DNA of 64,000 bases from the human T2T-CHM13v2.0 reference genome, Homo sapiens, in NCBI RefSeq assembly GCF_009914755.1, contig NC_060948.1; one strand, 5' to 3'. Positions 1-14,332 of the stretch are shown here, piece by piece. Numbering within the stretch: position 1 is the stretch's first letter; each line of letters starts with the position of its first letter. The translations under genes were made by a program, and so were the position numbers. Under the pieces are notes generated by a model, which was not told the DNA's origin, made no database searches, and worked only from the letters and a program-made list of their open reading frames with translations.

Positions 1-396
1 TGAAGAGTTGGCATTTGAAAGGCCAGTATGAATATACCTTCAAAGCAGCAACACAGGTTCCCCATGAGAAAAAGCAAACACAGGGAAAATAAAAACACAA
101 AGGTTCAATCTCTTCTGACCTTTGAAAGACACAGCACAGACAGTGGTCCTTAGGACGAAGAGCAGGAGACCCCTAATTCCGTCACCATGGCGATAGGGCA
201 TAAACATTGCTGGGTGAGGGCACAATCCACATTGTGAGGTCCAACTGCTGCCAGGAAGACAGGAGTGCTTTTACATAGAGCGAAAGGTCATTGAAGGCTC
301 AGAGTTTTGTTTCAAGAACTGAATCCCAAGCCCACACGTTATTAGGCTGCGCTTCTTAAAACAAGTTATGAGATGGGAAAAAGGGCACCCACAAAC
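1..396. repeat. HSATI-like block of unit 1 (partial, cut by window start)
   Basis: Complex, moderate-GC sequence matching 2416-2811. Assignment to HSATI comes from the known DYZ2 architecture, not an alignment. Boundary approximate. Confidence 0.8.
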
Positions 397-1950
397 ATAC
401 GTATACATTATGTATATAATAATATACAGTATCATATATATAATATATATAACCTATGTATAATATTGTTTTACATCCTGCATCTTATATATATTGTATA
501 AAATATAATAATTGATAATATATAAGTTTTATAATTATACAATATGACATATAGTATATATTATAATTTATGACATATATAATATATGTTATATATCATA
601 TATAGAATATATTATACGGTTAATATACGTATTAAATATAAATTATACATTATATATATTATATATAATATATCTGTTATATATAATACCCATTATGCAT
701 AATATATATATTATGTCTATATTATATATAGTATAAAACAACATATAATAATATATAATTGTATATATAAAATGCGACATATAATATATATTATATTTTA
801 TAACATATGTAATATATATTATATATTATATATAATACGTTGTATGTATAATACCTATATTAAATATATATTATATGACTATGTTATTAATTACATGTCA
901 CATGTGTTATATATTATATATTTTACATAGAATATACCGGTTACATACAATATATACTATGTTACCTATAATGTATAATTTATTACATGTAAAATAAAGA
1001 ATGCAATATATTATGTATAATTTATAATATACAATATGTGGAATGTGATATATATAACATATAATATATGATATATGATATACAGTATATGATATATAAC
1101 ATACAATATATGATTCCTAATATATATGGTATACAATATATATTTTATGATATGTATTCTATATGTTTTATATTCTGTTATATATAACTATTTGAAATTA
1201 TATATAACTGTATAATATTTTATGTAAATATGTAATATAATATATATAACTATATAATATATTATATATAACTATATATTATGTTATATATACTTTTATA
1301 TCATAATTTACATAAAATATCATAATATAATATATATTATATTATTTCATATTACATAATATATATTACATATCACCCAATATAACTAACATACATAATA
1401 TTATAATATAGATTATATTGTGTTATATTAAATATCATATATATCATGTATCATATATTCTATAATATATATTACACATTATATAATATGTATGTTGTCT
1501 ATTATGTGATATATATAACTATATATATAATTATATTTTTATACATATAACTAGATAAACATGTAATTCTACATATTTTCATTTATAATATGTAGAATTA
1601 TATAATCATATATAATTATTTATATTCTATAAAAAATGTTATCATTATATGAATTATAATATATAAAAATTATAATATGTACTACAAATATATATATTAT
1701 ATATCATATATGATATAGTACCTTTGTTATATATCATAATACATATAAATGTGTATTATGTTATCTATAATTATATAATTTCATATATAAGATGTATAAT
1801 ATGTATCATATATTATATATGTTATGTAATATATATAGTATATATAAGATGACACAGGATAAATATTATATACTATGACATATAAAATATATGAGGTTAT
1901 ATGTTACATATAAGGCATAGCACATAACATGTAATATATATCATATATAA
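397..1950. repeat. AT-rich degenerate (TA)n / (TATAA)n low-complexity block, ~1.55 kb (representative; present in every unit)
   Basis: Almost entirely A/T, with short TA runs interrupted by isolated C/G. Runs from the end of the HSATI block to the Alu poly(T). Confidence 0.92.
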
Positions 1951-2071
1951 TTTTTTTTTAGACAGAATCTTGTCCTGTTGCACAGGGTGGGGTACAATGG
2001 CGCCATCTTTGCTCACTGCAACTTCTGCCTCACAGGTCCAAGCGATTGTCCTCCCTCAGCCTCCCAGGTAG

Positions 2072-2101
2072 CTGGGACTACACCACACTGGGACTACACC
2101 A
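2072..2101. repeat. 14 bp direct duplication (ctgggactacacca-ca-ctgggactacacca) inside the Alu right arm; present in every unit
   Basis: Copies at 2072-2085 and 2088-2101. Alu consensus has a single CTGGGACTACA here. Confidence 0.93.
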
Positions 2102-2171
2102 GCTGCCACCATGCCTAGCTAATTTTTTGGATTTTTAGTAGTGACAGCGTTTCACTGTATTGGCCAGGATG

Positions 2172-2180
2172 GTCTTGATC
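2172..2180 (-). promoter_or_regulatory. Alu left-arm Pol III B-box motif GATCAAGAC (motif match only; function untested)
   Basis: Reverse complement of gtcttgatc fits GWTCRANNC at the expected Alu position. Confidence 0.5.
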
Positions 2181-2242
2181 TCTTCACCTTGTGATCCCCT
2201 TGCCTTGGCCTCCAAATTTGCTGGGATTACAGGCCTGAGCCA

Positions 2243-2811
2243 AGATCCATATTTTTTAAATGAAAAAAAATTTCAAAGGTACTCTGCTTGGTACAATAAT
2301 CAAATGTATATACTGAGGAATAAAACATAACCATGAAACCTACTTATAACTGCATATGGAAAATACAGAGGATAATTTTTTAAATAACATATTTTGAAAG
2401 CCTTAACTAGTAATTTGAAGAGTTGGCATTTGAAAGGCCAGTATGAATATACCTTCAAAGCAGCAACACAGGTTCCCCATGAGAAAAAGCAAACACAGGG
2501 AAAATAAAAACACAAAGGTTCAATCTCTTCTGACCTTTGAAAGACACAGCACAGACAGTGGTCCTTAGGACGAAGAGCAGGAGACCCCTAATTCCGTCAC
2601 CATGGCGATAGGGCATAAACATTGCTGGGTGAGGGCACAATCCACATTGTGAGGTCCAACTGCTGCCAGGAAGACAGGAGTGCTTTTACATAGAGCGAAA
2701 GGTCATTGAAGGCTCAGAGTTTTGTTTCAAGAACTGAATCCCAAGCCCACACGTTATTAGGCTGCGCTTCTTAAAACAAGTTATGAGATGGGAAAAAGGG
2801 CACCCACAAAC
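2243..2811. repeat. HSATI-like block, ~570 bp (first complete copy; follows every Alu copy)
   Basis: Non-Alu, non-simple sequence from agatccatatttttt to gggcacccacaaac. Length and position fit the HSATI component of DYZ2. Boundaries approximate. Confidence 0.8.
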
Positions 2812-4662
<1,851 letters not shown>

Positions 4663-6785
4663 AGATCCATATTTTTTAAATGAAAAAAAATTTCAAAGGT
4701 ACTCTGCTTGGTACAATAATCAAATGTATATACTGAGGAATAAAACATAACCATGAAACCTACTTATAACTGCATATGGAAAATACAGAGGATAATTTTT
4801 TAAATAACATATTTTGAAAGCCTTAACTAGTAATTTGAAGAGTTGGCATTTGAAAGGCCAGTATGAATATACCTTCAAAGCAGCAACACAGGTTCCCCAT
4901 GAGAAAAAGCAAACACAGGGAAAATAAAAACACAAAGGTTCAATCTCTTCTGACCTTTGAAAGACACAGCACAGACAGTGGTCCTTAGGACGAAGAGCAG
5001 GAGACCCCTAATTCCGTCACCATGGCGATAGGGCATAAACATTGCTGGGTGAGGGCACAATCCACATTGTGAGGTCCAACTGCTGCCAGGAAGACAGGAG
5101 TGCTTTTACATAGAGCGAAAGGTCATTGAAGGCTCAGAGTTTTGTTTCAAGAACTGAATCCCAAGCCCACACGTTATTAGGCTGCGCTTCTTAAAACAAG
5201 TTATGAGATGGGAAAAAGGTCACCCACAAACATACGTATACATTATGTATATAATAATATACAGTATCATATATATAATATATATAACCTATGTATAATA
5301 TTGTTTTACATCCTGCATCTTATATATATTGTATAAAATATAATAATTGATAATATATAAGTTTTATAATTATACAATATGACATATAGTATAAATTATA
5401 ATTTATGACATATATAATATATGTTATATATCATATATAGAATATATTATACGGTTAATATACGTATTAAATATAAATTATACATTATATATATTATATA
5501 TAATATATCTGTTATATATAATACCCATTATGCATAATATATATATTATGTCTATATTATATATAGTATAAAACAACATATAATAATATATAATTGTATA
5601 TATAAAATGCGACATATAATATATATTATATTTTATAACATATGTAATATATATTATATATTATATATAATACGTTGTATGTATAATACCTATATTAAAT
5701 ATATATTATATGACTATGTTATTAATTACATGTCACATGTGTTATATATTATATATTTTACATAGAATATACCGGTTACATACAATATATACTATGTTAC
5801 CTATAATGTATAATTTATTACATGTAAAATAAAGAATGCAATATATTATGTATAATTTATAATATACAATATGTGGAATGTGATATATATAACATATAAT
5901 ATATGATATATGATATACAGTATATGATATATAACATACAATATATGATTCCTAATATATATGGTATACAATATATATTTTATGATATGTATTCTATATG
6001 TTTTATATTCTGTTATATATAACTATTTGAAATTATATATAACTGTATAATATTTTATGTAAATATGTAATATAATATATATAACTATATAATATATTAT
6101 ATATAACTATATATTATGTTATATATACTTTTATAACATAATTTACATAAAATATCATAATATAATATATATTATATTATTTCATATTACATAATATATA
6201 TTACATATCACCCAATATAACTAACATACATAATATTATAATATAGATTATATTGTGTTATATTAAATATCATATATATCATGTATCATATATTCTATAA
6301 TATATATTACACATTATATAATATGTATGTTGTCTACTATGTGATATATATAACTATGTATATAATTATATTTTTATACATATAACTAGATAAACATGTA
6401 ATTCTACATATTTTCATTTATAATATGTAGAATTATATAATCATATATAATTATTTATATTCTATAAAAAATGTTATCATTATATGAATTATAATATATA
6501 AAAATTATAATATGTACTACAAATATATATATTATATATCATATATGATATAGTACCTTTGTTATATATCATAATACATATAAATGTGTATTATGTTATC
6601 TATAATTATATAATTTCATATATAAGATGTATAATATGTATCATATATTATATATGTTATGTAATATATATAGTATATATAAGATGACACAGGATAAATA
6701 TTATATACTATGACATATAAAATATATGAGGTTATATGTTACATATAAGGCATAGCACATAACATGTAATATATATCATATATAA

Positions 6786-7077
6786 TTTTTTTTTAGACAG
6801 AATCTTGTCCTGTTGCACAGGGTGGGGTACAATGGCGCCATCTTTGCTCACGGCAACTTCTGCCTCACAGGTCCAAGCGATTGTCCTCCCTCAGCCTCCC
6901 AGGTAGCTGGGACTACACCACACTGGGACTACACCAGCTGCCACCATGCCTAGCTAATTTTTTGGATTTTTAGTAGTGACAGCGTTTCACTGTATTGGCC
7001 AGGATGGTCTTGATCTCTTCACCTTGTGATCCCCTTGCCTTGGCCTCCAAATTTGCTGGGATTACAGGCCTGAGCCA
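6786..7077 (-). mobile_element. Alu fragment, unit 3
   Basis: Copy of 1951-2242. Confidence 0.93.
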
Positions 7078-9177
7078 AGATCCATATTTTTTAAATGAAA
7101 AAAAATTTCAAAGGTACTCTGCTTGGTACAATAATCAAATGTATATACTGAGGAATAAAACATAACCATGAAACCTACTTATAACTGCATATGGAAAATA
7201 CAGAGGATAATTTTTTAAATAACATATTTTGAAAGCCTTAACTAGTAATTTGAAGAGTTGGCATTTGAAAGGCCAGTATGAATATACCTTCAAAGCAGCA
7301 ACACAGGTTCCCCATGAGAAAAAGCAAACACAGGGAAAATAAAAACACAAAGGTTCAATCTCTTCTGACCTTTGAAAGACACAGCACAGACAGTGGTCCT
7401 TAGGACGAAGAGCAGGAGACCCCTAATTCCGTCACCATGGCGATAGGGCATAAACATTGCTGGGTGAGGGCACAATCCACATTGTGAGGTCCAACTGCTG
7501 CCAGGAAGACAAGAGTGCTTTTACATAGAGCGAAAGGTCATTGAAGGCTCAGAGTTTTGTTTCAAGAACTGAATCCCAAGCCCACACGTTATTAGGCTGC
7601 GCTTCTTAAAACAAGTTATGAGATGGGAAAAAGGGCACCCACAAACATACGTATACATTATGTATATAATAATATACAGTATCATATATATAATATATAT
7701 AACCTATGTATAATATTGTTTTACATCCTGCATCTTATATATATTGTATAAAATATAATAATTGATAATATATAAGTTTTATAATTATACAATATGACAT
7801 ATAGTATATATTATAATTTATGACATATATAATATATGTTATATATCATATATAGAATATATTATACGGTTAATATACGTATTAAATATAAATTATACAT
7901 TATATATATTATATATAATATATCTGTTATATATAATACCCATTATGCATAATATATATATTATGTCTATATTATATATAGTATAAAACAACATATAATA
8001 ATATATAATTGTATATATAAAATGCGACATATAATATATATTATATTTTATAACATATGTAATATATATTATATATTATATATAATACGTTGTATGTATA
8101 ATACCTATATTAAATATATATTATATGACTATGTTATTAATTACATGTCACATGTGTTATATATTATATATTTTACATAGAATATACCGGTTACATACAA
8201 TATATACTATGTTACCTATAATGTATAATTTATTACATGTAAAATAAAGAATGCAATATATTATGTATAATTTATAATATACAATATGTGGAATGTGATA
8301 TATATAACATATAATATATGATATATGATATACAGTATATGATATATAACATACAATATATGATTCCTAATATATATGGTATACAATATATATTTTATGA
8401 TATGTATTCTATATGTTTTATATTCTGTTATATATAACTATTTGAAATTATATATAACTGTATAATATTTTATGTAAATATGTAATATAATATATATAAC
8501 TATATAATATATTATATATAACTATATATTATGTTATATATACTTTTATAACATAATTTACATAAAATATCATAATATAATATATATTATATTATTTCAT
8601 ATTACATAATATATATTACATATCACCCAATATAACTAACATACATAATATTATAATATAGATTATATTGTGTTATATTAAATATCATATATATCATGTA
8701 TCATATATTCTATAATATATATTACACATTATATAATATGTATGTTGTCTATTATGTGATATATATAACTATATATATAATTATATTTTTATACATATAA
8801 CTAGATAAACATGTAATTCTACATATTTTCATTTATAATATGTAGAATTATATAATCATATATAACTATTTATATTCTATAAAAAATGTTATCATTATAT
8901 GAATTATAATATATAAAAATTATAATATGTACTACAAATATATATATTATATATCATATATGATATAGTACCTTTGTTATATATCATAATACATATAAAT
9001 GTGTATTATGTTATCTATAATTATATAATTTCATATATAAGATGTATAATATGTATCATATATTATATATGTTATGTAATATATATAGTATATATAAGAT
9101 GACACAGGATAAATATTATATACTATGACATATAAAATATATGAGGTTATATGTTACATATAAGGCATAGCACATAA

Positions 9178-9492
<315 letters not shown>

Positions 9493-11597
9493 AGATCCAT
9501 ATTTTTTAAATGAAAAAAAATTTCAAAGGTACTCTGCTTGGTACAATAATCAAATGTATAAACTGAGGAATAAAACATAACCATGAAACCTACTTATAAC
9601 TGCATATGGAAAATACAGAGGATAATTTTTTAAATAACATATTTTGAAAGCCTTAACTAGTAATTTGAAGAGTTGGCATTTGAAAGGCCAGTATGAATAT
9701 ACCTTCAAAGCAGCAACACAGGTTCCCCATGAGAAAAAGCAAACACAGGGAAAATAAAAACACAAAGGTTCAATCTCTTCTGACCTTTGAAAGACACAGC
9801 ACAGACAGTGGTCCTTAGGACGAAGAGCAGGAGACCCCTAATTCCGTCACCATGGCGATAGGGCATAAACATTGCTGGGTGAGGGCACAATCCACATTGT
9901 GAGGTCCAACTGCTGCCAGGAAGACAGGAGTGCTTTTACATAGACCGAAAGGTCATTGAAGGCTCAGAGTTTTGTTTCAAGAACTGAATCCCAAGCCCAC
10001 ACGTTATTAGGCTGCGCTTCTTAAAACAAGTTATGAGATGGGAAAAAGGGCACCCACAAACATACGTATACATTATGTATATAATAATATACAGTATCAT
10101 ATATATAATATATATAACCTATGTATAATATTGTTTTACATCCTGCGTCTTATGTTATATATATTGTATAAAATATAATAATTGATAATATATAAGTTTT
10201 ATAATTATACAATATGACATATAGTATATATTATAATTTATGACATATATAATATATGTTATATGTCATATATAGAATATATTATACGGTTAATATACGT
10301 ATTAAATATAAATTATACATTATATATATTATATATAATATATCTGTTATATATAATACCCATTATGCATAATATATATATTATGTCTATGTTATATATA
10401 GTATAAAACAACATATAATAATATATAATTGTATATATAAAATGCGACATATAATATATATTATATTTTATAACATATGTAATATATATTATATATTATA
10501 TATAATACGTTGTATGTATAATACCTATATTAAATATATATTATATGACTATCTTATTAATTACATGTCACATGTGTTATATATTATATATTTTTCATAG
10601 AATATACCGGTTACATACAATATATACTATGTTACCTATAATGTATAATTTATTACATGTAAAATAAAGAATGCAATATATTATGTATAATTTATAATAT
10701 ACAATATGTGGAATGTGATATATATAACATATAATATATGATATATGATATACAGTATATGATATATAACATACAATATATGATTCCTAATATATATGGT
10801 ATACAATATATATTTTATGATATGTATTCTATATGTTTTATATTCTGTTATATATAACTATTTGAAATTATATATAACTGTATAATATTTTATGTAAATA
10901 TGTAATATAATATATATAACTATATAATATATTATATATAACTATATATTATGTTATATATACTTTTATAACATAATTTACATAAAATATCATAATATAA
11001 TATATATTATATTATTTCATATTACATAATATATATTACATATCACCCAATATAACTAACATACATAATATTATAATATAGATTATATTGTGTTATATTA
11101 AATATCATATATATCATGTATCATATATTCTATAATATATATTACACATTATATAATATGTATGTTGTCTATTATGTGATATATATAACTATATATATAA
11201 TTATATTTTTATACATATAACTAGATAAACATGTAATTCTACATATTTTCATTTATAATATGTAGAATTATATAATCATATATAATTATTTATATTCTAT
11301 AAAAAATGTTATCATTATATGAATTATAATATATAAAAATTATAATATGTACTACAAATATATATATTATATATCATATATGATATAGTACCTTTGTTAT
11401 ATATCATAATACATATAAATGTGTATTATGTTATCTATAATTATATAATTTCATATATAAGATGTATAATATGTATCATATATTATATATGTTATGTAAT
11501 ATATATAGTATATATAAGATGACACAGGATAAATATTATATACTATGACATATAAAATATATGAGGTTATATGTTACATATAAGGCATAGCACATAA

Positions 11598-11912
<315 letters not shown>

Positions 11913-14040
11913 AGATCCATATTTTTTAAATGAAAAAAAATTTCAAAGGTACTCTGCTTGGTACAATAATCAAATGTATAAACTGAGGAATAAAACATAA
12001 CCATGAAACCTACTTATAACTGCATATGGAAAATACAGAGGATAATTTTTTAAATAACATATTTTGAAAGCCTTAACTAGTAATTTGAAGAGTTGGCATT
12101 TGAAAGGCCAGTATGAATATACCTTCAAAGCAGCAACACAGGTTCCCCATGAGAAAAAGCAAACACAGGGAAAATAAAAACACAAAGGTTCAATCTCTTC
12201 TGACCTTTGAAAGACACAGCACAGACAGTGGTCCTTAGGACAAAGAGCAGGAGACCCCTAATTCCGTCACCATGGCGATAGGGCATAAACATTGCTGGGT
12301 GAGGGCACAATCCACATTGTGAGGTCCAACTGCTGCCAGGAAGACAGGAGTGCTTTTACATAGACCGAAAGGTCATTGAAGGCTCAGAGTTTTGTTTCAA
12401 GAACTGAATCCCAAGCCCACACGTTATTAGGCTGCGCTTCTTAAAACAAGTTATGAGATGGGAAAAAGGGCACCCACAAACATACGTATACATTATGTAT
12501 ATAATAATATACAGTATCATATATATAATATATATAACCTATGTATAATATTGTTTTACATCCTGCGTCTTATGTTATATATATTGTATAAAATATAATA
12601 ATTGATAATATATAAGTTTTATAATTATACAATATGACATATAGTATATATTATAATTTATGACATATATAATATATGTTATATGTCATATATAGAATAT
12701 ATTATACGGTTAATATACGTATTAAATATAAATTATACATTATATATATTATGTATAATATATCTGTTATATATAATACCCATTATGCATAATATATATA
12801 TTATGTCTATGTTATATATAGTATAAAACAACATATAATAATATATAATTGTATATATAAAATGCGACATATAATATATATTATATTTTATAACATATGT
12901 AATATATATTATATATTATATATAATACGTTGTATGTATAATACCTATATTAAATATATATTATATGACTATCTTATTAATTACATGTCACATGTGTTAT
13001 ATATTATATATTTTTCATAGAATATACCGGTTACATACAATATATACTATGTTACCTATAATGTATAATTTATTACATGTAAAATAAAGAATGCAATATA
13101 TTATGTATAATTTATAATATACCATATGTGGAATGTGATATATATAACATATAATATATGATATATGATGTACAGTATATGATATATAACATACAATATA
13201 TGATTCCTAATATATATGGTATACAATATATATTTTATGATATGTATTCTATATGTTTTATATTCTGTTATATATAACTATTTGAAATTATATATAACTC
13301 TATAATATTTTATGTAAATATGTAATATAATATATATAACTATATAATATATTATATATAACTATATATTATGTTATATATACTTTTATAACATAATTTA
13401 CATAAAATATCATAATATAATATATATTATATTATTTCATATTACATAATATATATTACATATCACCCAATATAACTAACATAGATAATATTATAATATA
13501 GATTATATTGTGTTATATTAAATATCATATATATCATGTATCATATATTCTATAATATATATTACACATTATATAATATGTATGTTGTCTATTATGTGAT
13601 ATATATAACTATATATATAATTATATTTTTATACATATAACTAGATAAACATGTAATTCTACATATTTTCATTTATAATATGTAGAATTATATAATCATA
13701 TATAATTATTTATATTCTATAAAAAATTTTATCATTATATAAATTATAATATATAAAAATTATAATATGTACTACAAATATATATATTATATATCATATA
13801 TGATATAGTACCTTTGTTATATTTCATAATACATATAAATGTGTATTATGTTATCTATAATTATATAATTTCATATATAAGATATATAATATGTATCATA
13901 TATTATATATGTTATGTAATATATATAGTATATATAAGATGACACAGGATAAATATTATATACTATGACATATAAAATATATGAGGTTATATGTTACATA
14001 TAAGGCATAGCACGTAACATGTAATATATATCATATATAA

Positions 14041-14332
14041 TTTTTTTTTAGACAGAATCTTGTCCTGTTGCACAGGGTGGGGTACAATGGCGCCATCTTT
14101 GCTCACTGCAAATTCTGCCTCACGGGTCCAAGCGATTGTCCTCCCTCAGCCTCCCAGGTAGCTGGGACTACACCACACTGGGACTACACCAGCTGCCACC
14201 ATGCCTAGCTAATTTTTTGGATTTTTAGTAGTGACAGCGTTTCACTGTATTGGCCAGGATGGTCTTGATCTCTTCACCTTGTGATCCCCTTGCCTTGGCC
14301 TCCAAATTTGCTGGGATTACAGGCCTGAGCCA
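14041..14332 (-). mobile_element. Alu fragment, unit 6
   Basis: Copy of 1951-2242. Confidence 0.93.

Larger units (their letters stand above)
1951..2242 (-). mobile_element. Diverged, 5'-truncated Alu SINE (AluY/AluSc-like), unit 1
   Basis: Plus strand reads as antisense Alu: T9-agacagaatcttg...gctcactgcaac...ctcagcctccc..gtagctgggactaca...gctaatttttt.gatttttagtag...ggccaggatggtcttgatctc...gtgatcc...gccttggcctcc...gctgggattacaggcctgagcca. About 12 nt of the Alu 5' end are missing. Confidence 0.95.

Noticed and set aside
40-225. 61 aa minus-strand ORF (MCPHPAMF...) in every unit
   Set aside because: Short, uses a non-ATG start, resembles no protein I recognise, and lies in satellite DNA. Its conservation is expected from ~99% unit identity.
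1019-1050. GGAAT motif suggesting a DYZ1/HSat3 junction
   Set aside because: A single ggaat per unit with no pentamer array. No DYZ1 block or orientation switch was seen in the window.
397-1950. TATA boxes, or an organellar/Plasmodium-like AT-rich origin
   Set aside because: TATA matches are trivial in (TA)n sequence, and the block is an integral part of the Alu-containing unit.
1940-2260. Target-site duplication or active Alu
   Set aside because: The flanks do not match, the tail is only A9, and the element is truncated and heavily diverged. Copies arose by tandem amplification.
2249-2273. T6-aaatg-A8 hairpin/terminator-like tract and nearby AATAAA motifs
   Set aside because: Weak A/T-only pairing, and such motifs are expected by chance in AT-rich DNA. 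No associated transcript is evident.
2300-2515. 71 aa minus-strand ORF (MCFYFPCV...) in every unit
   Set aside because: Overlaps the other ORF in a different frame, uses a non-ATG start, and its F/Y/L/K bias reflects base composition. There is no gene context.
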